NCBI GenBank assembly: GCA_035583355.1 | Contig: DATEZQ010000004.1 | Coordinates: 1-58,340, forward strand | Direction: 5' to 3' | From: Minisyncoccota bacterium | GTDB lineage: Bacteria > Patescibacteriota > Minisyncoccia > Phycocordibacterales > UBA6899 | DNA length: 58,340 bases | Shown: positions 41,712 to 49,810 of the stretch, piece after piece | Numbering within the stretch: the first letter of the stretch is position 1 | Layout: each line of letters opens with the position of its first letter | Position numbers and translations under genes: made by a program | The notes under the pieces: model-generated | Told to the model about the DNA's origin: nothing | What the model saw: the letters and a program-made list of their open reading frames with translations, nothing else | Database searches by the model: none

Positions 41712-41745
41712 AAAACAAAAATCCATGAAGCTTCGCTTCATGGAT
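41711..41745 (-). terminator. Intrinsic terminator after tRNA-Asn
   Basis: atccatgaagc-ttc-gcttcatggat, with TTTTTGTTTTC downstream on the minus strand. Confidence 0.85.
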
Positions 41746-41757
41746 TAATGTTTTCTG

Positions 41758-42070
41758 CTCCGGCGGCAGGATTCGAACCTGCGACCAATACGTTACTCAT
41801 GTTCACTGCTTTCGTAGTGGGAGGACTATATCATCACCCTTCTTTCGAGTGGGGTGCGAGGCGCTTCCCGTCCTAGATAAATCTAAGATAGTACTCCTTG
41901 CGGATAGTCTCTGAACCTTCGATGTGATTACTCACAAAGCTTGGCTGCTGATCGCCCTCGTCTTTCTCGTTAGGGTTTCCAGCAATTCACCTCGTTATTC
42001 ACCATTTCATTACTGAGATGGGCTGCGTTTAACGCCACAGCGTACTGCTCTACCGCTGAGCTACACCGGA
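41758..42070 (-). tRNA. tRNA-Asn(GUU) interrupted by a group I intron (exons 42070-42037 and 41795-41758)
   Basis: The spliced 72-nt product has acceptor TCCGGTG/CGCCGGA, D arm GCTC-AGCGGTA-GAGC, anticodon stem GTACG/CGTAT, loop CTGTTAA, T arm GCAGG-TTCGAAT-CCTGC and discriminator G. CCA is not encoded. Confidence 0.85.
41796..42036 (-). ncRNA. Group I self-splicing intron (IC3-like), 241 nt, in the anticodon loop between positions 35 and 36
   Basis: Core elements GGTTCAGAGACTATCCG and GATGATATAGTCCTC (P7 GACTAT/ATAGTC), plus GAAACCCTAA and GCCAAGC. In P1, exon GCUGU pairs with intron GCAGC, with U-G at the splice site. In P10, intron CGUUA pairs with exon-2 UAACG. The terminal nucleotide is G. 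Confidence 0.85.
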
Positions 42071-42143
42071 ATACACATAAAACACTCATTCCAAAAGAGG
42101 AATGTGTTCAGAGAATACCAAAAAATGCTCATATTTGCAAGTC

Positions 42144-42470
42144 CTATTCTCCGGTCCCAAACTGAGCATTTTCGGCATGTAATTCCCTATGGCAATTCGC
42201 GCAAAGTAGGATACATTTATCAGCCTCAGCCCTTAATTTATCCCATGATCGCGTAATACCACCTACTCCGAAACCGAAGTCTTTCTTTGACTCATCGAGG
42301 TGGTGCAGATCAAAGACTGCGGGACATGACGAATACCCACAGCGCGAACACTTCCCTCCCTTATACTGGATAAGCATGAGCTTCAGTTTTCTTCGTCTCT
42401 CTGACACGGCGCGCTTTAGATACTCACGCCTGTCCGCATACGTACGCTTCTCTTTTTTAGTGACTGGCAT
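42144..42470 (-). CDS. Small HNH endonuclease
   Basis: CSRCGY...HLHHLD...CANCH zinc-finger/HNH layout, 108 aa, basic N-terminus. Ends 73 nt upstream of the intron-containing tRNA. Confidence 0.8.
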   Translation of the reverse strand: MPVTKKEKRTYADRREYLKRAVSERRRKLKLMLIQYKGGKCSRCGYSSCPAVFDLHHLDESKKDFGFGVGGITRSWDKLRAEADKCILLCANCHRELHAENAQFGTGE

Positions 42471-42575
42471 ACTATACTAAGTATACCATTATCCGTGAAA
42501 CGAGGCATTGCTTTTTCCCAAATCTATTGTAGTTTCAAAGTAGATACTGTATTACTCTACAAGGAGAAAGCCCAC

Positions 42576-43463
42576 ATGGGTAAAGTTCCCGCTCGTGACC
42601 TCATTCTCGTCCGCCACCTGCCTTCGGTCGCCAACAAGGCGATCCATGAGATCATCCAAGAGCACGCGTTCCACATGAGTGAGCTACTCAGGCGCGTCCC
42701 CCATCCGCAATACCGTCTGACCCAAGAGGGTGCGGACAAGGGTGTTGAAATCGGAGAATTCCTCCGTAGCGAATTTCCCAAAATCGACTGGTGCTACAGC
42801 TCCGACATGGATCGCGCCATCGAAACCGCACTCATTTTCACCCCTCGCGGCGCATACTACGAACCTGAAGATCGATATCTAGGATTCCAGATCACAGGAC
42901 GCTTGCGTGAACGTTTCTGGGGTGACCTCGAACAGCCCGGCTGGAAACATGCAGAGCTCGTCGAAGAGCACCGCAAAATCCGCGAGGGTGTAGATACCTT
43001 CGAACTCAAACTGCCTAACGGCGAAAAACTTGCAGTACGTAGGATCGAAGACATCTTCACCTGGGTGCCCCCCAATGGCGAACCCTTCGTGGTGACCCAG
43101 GGCCGCGCGTGCGATGTGCTTCGGGATGCACATGCTCGAAAATTCAAGAACCCGTGCTTCTATACACATGGTGACTGGATTCTCGCAGCCATGTCCGTTC
43201 TCGAGAACAAGACGAGCCTCGACACCAACGGCAAGTACCTCTGGCGTGATCGTATTCCCGACAATGGATCGATCATCCACTACCATGTGGGCGAACTCGA
43301 CGAAGATAATCCGAAGGCGCACAATCCCTTCTACTTCGAATGGGTTCGCGAGACGAGCAGAGATCATCCGACCGAGTTCGGACCTGTGCGAGAAATTCGC
43401 CACAGCTGTCGCACTCCTGAGGAAATGTGGGCGTTCATCAATCAGCATCCGCGCATTCTCTAG
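42576..43463 (+). CDS. Histidine phosphatase family protein (divergent PGAM-like)
   Basis: LILVRHLPS (RH motif), RLRERFWGDLE, and a second His in FYTHGDW. AAGGAG lies upstream of ATG 42576; the track ORF starts at 42495. GC3-rich. Confidence 0.65.
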   Translation: MGKVPARDLILVRHLPSVANKAIHEIIQEHAFHMSELLRRVPHPQYRLTQEGADKGVEIGEFLRSEFPKIDWCYSSDMDRAIETALIFTPRGAYYEPEDRYLGFQITGRLRERFWGDLEQPGWKHAELVEEHRKIREGVDTFELKLPNGEKLAVRRIEDIFTWVPPNGEPFVVTQGRACDVLRDAHARKFKNPCFYTHGDWILAAMSVLENKTSLDTNGKYLWRDRIPDNGSIIHYHVGELDEDNPKAHNPFYFEWVRETSRDHPTEFGPVREIRHSCRTPEEMWAFINQHPRIL

Positions 43464-43468
43464 TTACC

Positions 43469-43492
43469 AAAGAGGCCTTCGGGCCTCTTTTT
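43469..43492 (+). terminator. Intrinsic terminator
   Basis: aagaggcc-ttcg-ggcctctt then TTT. Confidence 0.85.
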
Positions 43493-43529
43493 ATAAAAAT
43501 GTTTCTACTTTATTTACTTACTCGTTCCA

Positions 43530-43538
43530 TGCTATAAT
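43530..43538 (+). promoter_or_regulatory. Extended -10 TGCTATAAT, 10 nt before ATG 43549
   Basis: caTGCTATAATattttatagtATG. It has the same CATGCTATAAT as the other pilin gene. Confidence 0.55.
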
Positions 43539-43548
43539 ATTTTATAGT

Positions 43549-44073
43549 ATGGACGAATTCAAGTCATCACATAAAAGCAGCAATGGCTTCACAATCCCTG
43601 AGCTCCTCATCGTCGTCTCGGCGATCGCACTCCTCTCTTCTATTGTCATCGCCGCACTCATGCGTGCGCGCGAGCGTGCTTTTGTTGCGCGCATGGGCTC
43701 CGACTTCGCACAAATTAATCGTGCGGTCGAAGCATATCGTACACAAAACTCCAACTCCCCATGTATTGATGCAGACATGACGAGCAATGATATGACCGAC
43801 ACCTACGAGAAAGGCGCACTTGTCGGTTACTACACTTGGCCAAAGACTCCTTTCAATAATGACTACTACCTCGGATATACAGGAACGCCTGGCAACCCCT
43901 CCGCAAGTAATAATTACTACATCGGCATCATCATGCCCTCAGACATTGCACTCATTTTTGATCGGCTCTATGACGACGGAAACCTCGGTACTGGACTATT
44001 CAAATACAATGCAACCCCGCTTCCCCACTACGAGTATTTCCTCAATTACGTCATCACAGGAGACCACTGCTAA
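43549..44073 (+). CDS. Type IV pilin-like protein (prepilin N-terminal domain)
   Basis: MDEFKSSHKSSNG|FTIPELLIVVSAIALLSS. It is in frame with, but much shorter than, the 319-aa track ORF 43114..44073. Confidence 0.75.
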   Translation: MDEFKSSHKSSNGFTIPELLIVVSAIALLSSIVIAALMRARERAFVARMGSDFAQINRAVEAYRTQNSNSPCIDADMTSNDMTDTYEKGALVGYYTWPKTPFNNDYYLGYTGTPGNPSASNNYYIGIIMPSDIALIFDRLYDDGNLGTGLFKYNATPLPHYEYFLNYVITGDHC

Positions 44074-44102
44074 CGAATGCGCAATCCTCGCATTCGTTTT
44101 TT
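44072..44102 (+). terminator. Intrinsic terminator
   Basis: aacgaatgcg-caatcct-cgcattcgtt then TTTT. Confidence 0.8.
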
Positions 44103-44113
44103 GAACATGCTAA

Positions 44114-44122
44114 TGCTATACT
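44114..44122 (+). promoter_or_regulatory. Extended -10 TGCTATACT, 9 nt before ATG 44132
   Basis: aaTGCTATACTattatagtaATG. Confidence 0.55.
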
Positions 44123-44131
44123 ATTATAGTA

Positions 44132-45811
44132 ATGGCAAAAAAGACAATCATACAGCATGCTGTCTTTGGCGGGGCCTACGCGTCACATGCCGCGCCTGTG
44201 TTTTCGCGCATCGTCGGCGTACTCTCAGTGTCCCTCGGAAACACACCTACAAACGGAACACCTTTTGTCCATATCAATTTTGACGACACACTCACCTCAT
44301 ACACAAAACTCGTCGAACTCTACATCACCCTCACACTGCAATCAAAAAATACTCCGGTAATTATTTACCCATACAACACCCCACAAAGAGAAGAGCTTAG
44401 TAAACTTTTCTCAACCGATCGAATGAAGTTTCCTCCTCAAGAAGTATTACTCGAAACGTTTTCAGACTTTACTGGACAAGAACGCATCCCTCCCCCGCCG
44501 CTCGATATTCTCCTCTATCTCGCACGCCCCGACGAAGCGAGTGTACGTCTAATGACAAAAGAAGGTGCGGTTGCGGAACTGGAGGAAACGAAACGCGCGG
44601 TACTCAATCTTCTCGAGGATACTCGAGAATCTGAAGAGAAAATCACCGCACAAGCCGCTGACTTAGCAAAGGCGCTTGAAGATTCGCGAGCATTTGCACG
44701 ATCTGCAGAGGAAGAACGCGCGACCTACCACCAGCTCGTTTCTTCTATTGGAGAAGGCGTCATTGTACTTGGTGCGGATGGACTCATAAAAATCGTGAAT
44801 GATGTGACGGTCTCTATGATTGGCGAGCCAAGAGAATCACTCATCAACAAAGATCCCGTTGCTGCACTACATTTGCGCGATAGAGAGCGCAATGAACTTC
44901 CTCAAGAATACTGGGATGCGATTCTCAAAACTGAAAAGACGATCACGCTCCCCATTCTCACAAGCGTTCGTAACGATGGCACAGTTATTTATGCTTCAAG
45001 CATTGCCGCTCCCATCGTAAACGAAACAACAAAAGAGCACAAAGGAATCATCATTACCTTTCGTAATATCAGTGAAGATTTTGCGCTCGACGAGGCGCGA
45101 ACAAATTTCATCTCCACTGCATCACATCAGTTGCGTACACCACTGACCACGATTCGCTGGTTCATTGAAATGCTTCAAAGTGGTGATGCTGGCGCGCTCA
45201 CTGAAGGCCAGAAACAATACCTCCATCAAATCGATGAGGGCATCGCACGCATGATCAACCTAGTTGGTTTCCTATTGCGTACGGCAAGAGTTGAAACAAA
45301 CAGAGTGATCATCACTCCAAAGCCACTCTCACTCCGTAAGGCAATCGAAGCCTGTGTGTCTGAGCTTATGCCACGCCTAAAAAACAAGAAGCAGACAGTA
45401 TCAATCGCCGGCGACGACCTCCCCGAAATTCCTCTCGATCCTGACTATGTCCATGAGGTGTTTCTAACGATTCTTATGAACGCGCAGCTTTATGGCATCC
45501 CCGGAGACACAATATATGTACAATTAGAGCGAAGTGGAAATTTCGTAGAGGTACATATTACCGATCACGGAATGGGTATTGCCCAGGATGAACGCAAGCG
45601 TGTCTTCGATAAATTCTTTCGCTCAAACAAGGCTATTGTCGCCTCCCCTGATGGCTCGGGGCTTGGACTCTCCCTTGTACGCATGCTCGTTTCTGACTGG
45701 GGCGGGAATGTATGGTTCGAGAGCGAGGAGGACAAAGGTACAACCTTTTCCGTCTCCATCCCCGTCTCGGGCATGAATGCACGCGAAGGTGAAGTTACTC
45801 TGCTCGAGTAG
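44132..45811 (+). CDS. Cytoplasmic sensor histidine kinase: degenerate MsrA-like N-domain, coiled coil, PAS, HisKA, HATPase_c
   Basis: H box FISTASHQLRTPL, N box LMNAQLYG, G1 DHGMGI, G2 GSGLGLSL. No TM helix. Residues 1-100 align with this window's own MsrA but lack GCFW. Confidence 0.85.
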   Translation: MAKKTIIQHAVFGGAYASHAAPVFSRIVGVLSVSLGNTPTNGTPFVHINFDDTLTSYTKLVELYITLTLQSKNTPVIIYPYNTPQREELSKLFSTDRMKFPPQEVLLETFSDFTGQERIPPPPLDILLYLARPDEASVRLMTKEGAVAELEETKRAVLNLLEDTRESEEKITAQAADLAKALEDSRAFARSAEEERATYHQLVSSIGEGVIVLGADGLIKIVNDVTVSMIGEPRESLINKDPVAALHLRDRERNELPQEYWDAILKTEKTITLPILTSVRNDGTVIYASSIAAPIVNETTKEHKGIIITFRNISEDFALDEARTNFISTASHQLRTPLTTIRWFIEMLQSGDAGALTEGQKQYLHQIDEGIARMINLVGFLLRTARVETNRVIITPKPLSLRKAIEACVSELMPRLKNKKQTVSIAGDDLPEIPLDPDYVHEVFLTILMNAQLYGIPGDTIYVQLERSGNFVEVHITDHGMGIAQDERKRVFDKFFRSNKAIVASPDGSGLGLSLVRMLVSDWGGNVWFESEEDKGTTFSVSIPVSGMNAREGEVTLLE

Positions 45812-45832
45812 CAAGTATGCAGCAGAAGGATT

Positions 45833-45841
45833 TGCTATACT
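45833..45841 (+). promoter_or_regulatory. Extended -10 TGCTATACT, 6 nt before ATG 45848 (leaderless)
   Basis: ttTGCTATACTatagctATG. Confidence 0.65.
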
Positions 45842-45847
45842 ATAGCT

Positions 45848-46240
45848 ATGCAAGAAAGCAAAATATCAGAGCGTCGACGCTTCTCGATTGTAAAACGCGC
45901 AGAAAGTTTTACTCATGCAGGCAGAGGAATTTACGTTTTTGTGAAAAGCACGCACAATGCATGGGTACACATCTTCCTCTTTCTTTGTGCAGTTGCGCTT
46001 GGTGTCTATTTCCATATCACACAAACTGAGTGGATACTCCTCATCTTAACTTCTGGGATAGTATTTACTGCTGAAGCATTCAATACTGCAATAGAGATCG
46101 ATATTGATCTCACTTCTCCCGAGGAACACCCTTATGCACGTGACACGAAGGATGTCGCAGCAGGAGCAGTGCTCATTTCTGCAGTAGCTGCAGTAATCGT
46201 TGGTGGTATTATTTTCATCCCTTATATGCAATACATATAA
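45848..46240 (+). CDS. dgkA: Diacylglycerol/undecaprenol kinase family protein
   Basis: Three TM helices and the EAFNTAIE motif, 130 aa. Confidence 0.8.
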   Translation: MQESKISERRRFSIVKRAESFTHAGRGIYVFVKSTHNAWVHIFLFLCAVALGVYFHITQTEWILLILTSGIVFTAEAFNTAIEIDIDLTSPEEHPYARDTKDVAAGAVLISAVAAVIVGGIIFIPYMQYI

Positions 46241-46262
46241 AACCGACGCTTGCGTCGGTTTT
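46239..46262. terminator. Bidirectional terminator shared by convergent genes
   Basis: aaaaccgacg-cttg-cgtcggtttt. It overlaps both stop codons. Confidence 0.85.
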
Positions 46263-46794
46263 ATACTCCCAATTGCTTGAACACGATGTCATATTCATCC
46301 CCATGAGGGACTAAGTCATCGCGCTTCTCAGACACCCACTTCCTGAGTTCAAGTAATGATATCCACTTCAGCTCTGCAAGCTCTTCCGTTTGCATGCTCA
46401 GCTCCTCAATTTTCTTGTCGAGTGACATGATATATACAGCACACAATTCCCTATCGATATACCCCCCGTTGTGCAAGATGAATTCCTGGGGCACAGTGGT
46501 AATATAATCCAAATCATCCTCATGAGCCTCTATGCCTATCTCCTCCTCGATCTCCCGCAGTGCCCCCATGAGTGGACTCTCTCCTGTCGAAATATGCCCC
46601 GTAACCGAGACATCCCAATAGTTAGGAAAATTCAACTTGTCCTCGGCGCGACGCTGCATAAGCACTTCACCGCGCTCATTGATACACCAAATGTGCACGG
46701 TCTTATGCCAGTCACCGTCACGGTGCACATCCACCTTGGACTTCTGTATGCCAAGACGATCACCCGCCCTATTTAATACATCAAGATATTCCAT
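46261..46794 (-). CDS. NUDIX hydrolase
   Basis: Nudix box GHISTGESPLMGALREIEEEIGI. Confidence 0.8.
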   Translation of the reverse strand: MEYLDVLNRAGDRLGIQKSKVDVHRDGDWHKTVHIWCINERGEVLMQRRAEDKLNFPNYWDVSVTGHISTGESPLMGALREIEEEIGIEAHEDDLDYITTVPQEFILHNGGYIDRELCAVYIMSLDKKIEELSMQTEELAELKWISLLELRKWVSEKRDDLVPHGDEYDIVFKQLGV

Positions 46795-46804
46795 ATGGGT
46801 TCAT

Positions 46805-47581
46805 TTAACCAATCTTAAGTCCAGTCATCGACAGTGATCCTGCGACGAGTACATCGTTGAATAATTCGATACGCTCCTTTGCATCCTTCATGCCAAGCAC
46901 ATAGAGTAGCGGCAAATAGTGTTCCGGGGTTGGAATAGCGAGCTGCACTGCATCACTTAATTTCTCAAATTGCACAAGTGACTCTATACCTCCACTCAGA
47001 AGGAGATTATTTAATGTTTCGCGAGCTTCTTTTGCCCAGTCAAAACCATAATCCTCTTTTTCATAATTCTGAAAATCAATAAGACCTAAATTATGCACAA
47101 GATTTCCACTTCCCATCACGAGCACTTCTTCATCACGTAATTTGCGTAATTTTTTCCCAAGCTCAAAATGATAGACGCCCGGCTTGTTGTAATCGATACT
47201 GAGCTGTACCACAGGCACATCAGCATTCGGGTACATATGCTTCAGTACGGTCCATGTACCATGATCGAGACCCCACTCCAAATCAAACCCCACCGCATGC
47301 GGCGCAAGCAAAGCGCGTACATGCTCTGCAAGCGCCCTATTTCCTGGTGCAGGATAATTGATTGCATACAACTCCTTTGGGAACCCACCAAAATCATGAA
47401 TCGTGCGAGGATGTTCCATCGCAGTAACCCATGTGCCTTCAGTGTACCAATGCGCAGAAATACAAAGAATCGCCTTTGGTTTCCGAAATGTTTTTGTAAG
47501 GTCGCGAAAAGTAGCCACGAAGCGATTGTCTTCGATTGCATTCATTGGACTACCGTGTCCGACAAAGAGTATCGGGAGCAT
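46805..47581 (-). CDS. ygiD: Class III extradiol dioxygenase (4,5-DOPA dioxygenase, YgiD-like)
   Basis: LFVGHGSPMNA start, SAHW, and GSGNLVHNL typical of the YgiD/LigB family. Confidence 0.8.
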   Translation of the reverse strand: MLPILFVGHGSPMNAIEDNRFVATFRDLTKTFRKPKAILCISAHWYTEGTWVTAMEHPRTIHDFGGFPKELYAINYPAPGNRALAEHVRALLAPHAVGFDLEWGLDHGTWTVLKHMYPNADVPVVQLSIDYNKPGVYHFELGKKLRKLRDEEVLVMGSGNLVHNLGLIDFQNYEKEDYGFDWAKEARETLNNLLLSGGIESLVQFEKLSDAVQLAIPTPEHYLPLLYVLGMKDAKERIELFNDVLVAGSLSMTGLKIG

Positions 47582-47660
47582 AGGTTAATGATACACCTAA
47601 ATAGGTGCGGTCATAATAACAAAAAATATGACCATTACTGGTCATATTTTTGAGTATTTA

Positions 47661-49145
47661 CTACTCCACGTGCACCACCGCAGTAGTATTTTCATTCTTT
47701 ATCTTGAGCGTAAGCGCAGTGAGCGCTCCGACCAATATCACTACGGCAGCAAGTACATATACATCCTTATACGCATTAATCTGCGCTTTCAGTATGATGA
47801 GTTTAATGTATGTTGCAATCGTAGTTGGATCAGTAGTGTGCAACGTACTCCAATGATTGATTGTAAGCACATTGCGCTCAATCGACTTTGTGAGATATGT
47901 TGCAAAGATTGCAATACCAAAGGCTCCTGCAATGTTTCGTACGAGTGCGAGGAGTGAAGATGCGATTCCTATTTCATGTGGATCAACGAGCGACGCGATA
48001 ATATTCGTACGTTGTGCCATTCCAAGGCCTAGACCAAATGCCATCACCATCAGTGGAAAGATAAGGTCGAGTGCAGTAGACTTCGCATCAATACCAACAA
48101 AGAGAAATGTTCCAATTGCCGCAATCAATGTGCTCCAAAAGATGACCATACGCGAAGAAATCTTTCCTGTGAGATTCCCTCCGATGACCGATGCGGACAT
48201 CATTGCAACCACCATCGGCATAAAGAGGAATCCCGTCTCTGTCGCAGTGTATCCAAGAAAGGTTTGTGCGAAGACGGGGAGCAAGAACATACTCCCCATC
48301 ATACCCATGAATACAATGAAGTTATTCATGAGCACATTGACGAATGCGGGAATCTTGAAGAATTTCAGGTCGACAATAGGCTCTTCATGATTGCGCTCAA
48401 TATAGACGAAGAGAACTAAGAAGATTGCAGTCACTGCGTAAGAGAGCAGGCTATAGGCCGACAACCACCCCCAGCTAAGTCCCTTCTCTAGGACGAGCAC
48501 AAGCGCCGACAGGGACACACCGAGCGAAATCGCACCCCACCAATCGAATGACTTCGTCTTCACATCTGAACGAGACTCATGGATATAACGCATGGCCATA
48601 TAGATTCCAAGAATTCCGATTGGAAGATTGATAAGGAACACTGACCTCCATCCAAAGATATCGATGAGTGGACCACCAAGGAGTGGGCCAAACACGGCGG
48701 CGGCGGCAAAAGAACCCGACCAAATACCGAGCGCCTTCGCACGGTCCTTACCTTCTTTGAAGGTAACTGCAATGATTGCCATTGCGGTTGGATAGTCCGC
48801 CGATCCCGCGATCGCCTGAATGACGCGAAATACGATCATCGATGAAAGATTCCACGCGAAGCCCGCGAGTACGGACCCCAGAATGAAAATCGAGAATCCA
48901 ATCAAATAGACTTTCTTTCTTCCGATGGTATCTCCGAGCTTTCCCCAAATAGGGACGAAAATCGCATTCGCGAGAATATATGCTGTAGAAATCCAGCCCG
49001 CTGAGGTCACCGTAATACCGAATGTATCGATCATCTTCGGCAATGCGAGATTGACGATAGTCTGATCAAGCCTTCCCAAGAATGTACCAACAATGACCGT
49101 CAAAAGGACCATCCACTTTAATTTTTCTTGAGACTTTTCGCTCAT
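47661..49145 (-). CDS. MFS transporter, DHA2 (EmrB/QacA-type, 14 TMS)
   Basis: 494 aa with about 14 helices. MFS motif A GKLGDTIGRKK and motif C-like segments. Confidence 0.85.
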   Translation of the reverse strand: MSEKSQEKLKWMVLLTVIVGTFLGRLDQTIVNLALPKMIDTFGITVTSAGWISTAYILANAIFVPIWGKLGDTIGRKKVYLIGFSIFILGSVLAGFAWNLSSMIVFRVIQAIAGSADYPTAMAIIAVTFKEGKDRAKALGIWSGSFAAAAVFGPLLGGPLIDIFGWRSVFLINLPIGILGIYMAMRYIHESRSDVKTKSFDWWGAISLGVSLSALVLVLEKGLSWGWLSAYSLLSYAVTAIFLVLFVYIERNHEEPIVDLKFFKIPAFVNVLMNNFIVFMGMMGSMFLLPVFAQTFLGYTATETGFLFMPMVVAMMSASVIGGNLTGKISSRMVIFWSTLIAAIGTFLFVGIDAKSTALDLIFPLMVMAFGLGLGMAQRTNIIASLVDPHEIGIASSLLALVRNIAGAFGIAIFATYLTKSIERNVLTINHWSTLHTTDPTTIATYIKLIILKAQINAYKDVYVLAAVVILVGALTALTLKIKNENTTAVVHVE

Positions 49146-49148
49146 AGA

Positions 49149-49802
49149 CTAGTTCGCAAATACCGTGATTTTCGCGGACATACCCTGTTTGAGCATTGGG
49201 TACCTCGTTCCATCAAAACTCACCTTGATATCAAATTGCTTCACTTCACGCTTGTCTGAGATGTTGAACATCACACCACTCTGATTCGACATCGGACTGA
49301 TGTACGACACGTAACCTTCAAAGCGCTTGCTGCCGAATGCATCAACCGTGAATGTTGCGGGTTGCCCAATCTTGAGATCAACAAGACCTTTATCTTCATC
49401 GATCTTTCCTAATACCTTCTCCTCTTTTGTATTAATCATCGACACAATCGGTGCTCCAGGATTGAAGTACTGCCCCTCCTGGTGATTCACTGAAACGATG
49501 AGCCCAGCAACTTTTGTGAAGATAAGCTCATTGCCCACCTTTGCGACCGCAGTGTTCTCGGTTACGGTATCACCTGCATTGACGTAAATTTCCGCGAGCA
49601 CACCCGGCGCAGTCGGTGAAAGATTAATGATTGGTGCCTCAATTGAAGAATTCTCGATGGAGATCTTCTTCCACTCCATGCGCCAATAGGTGAATCCTGC
49701 GAGTAAAACGAGAATGATCACGATACCAATAATACTTTTCATCCATGGTTGCTTAACGATGCTTTCCTTGAGCAACAACTCCTCTACTTTCTTTGTTTCC
49801 AT
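49149..49802 (-). CDS. HlyD-family membrane fusion protein (short, no long coiled coil)
   Basis: N-terminal TM helix, a lipoyl-like hairpin (GVLAEIYVNAGDTVTENTAVAKV) and a beta-barrel segment. Confidence 0.65.
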   Translation of the reverse strand: METKKVEELLLKESIVKQPWMKSIIGIVIILVLLAGFTYWRMEWKKISIENSSIEAPIINLSPTAPGVLAEIYVNAGDTVTENTAVAKVGNELIFTKVAGLIVSVNHQEGQYFNPGAPIVSMINTKEEKVLGKIDEDKGLVDLKIGQPATFTVDAFGSKRFEGYVSYISPMSNQSGVMFNISDKREVKQFDIKVSFDGTRYPMLKQGMSAKITVFAN

Positions 49803-49810
49803 AATATTGG

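Noticed and set aside
42857-43448. 96- and 189-aa minus-strand ORFs antisense to the phosphatase gene
   Set aside because: They are shadow ORFs in GC3-rich DNA with no signals.
43114-43548. 5' extension of the pilin-like ORF to a 319-aa protein
   Set aside because: The extension reads the 3' end of the phosphatase gene out of frame and then crosses a strong terminator and a promoter. The prepilin signal starts at ATG 43549.
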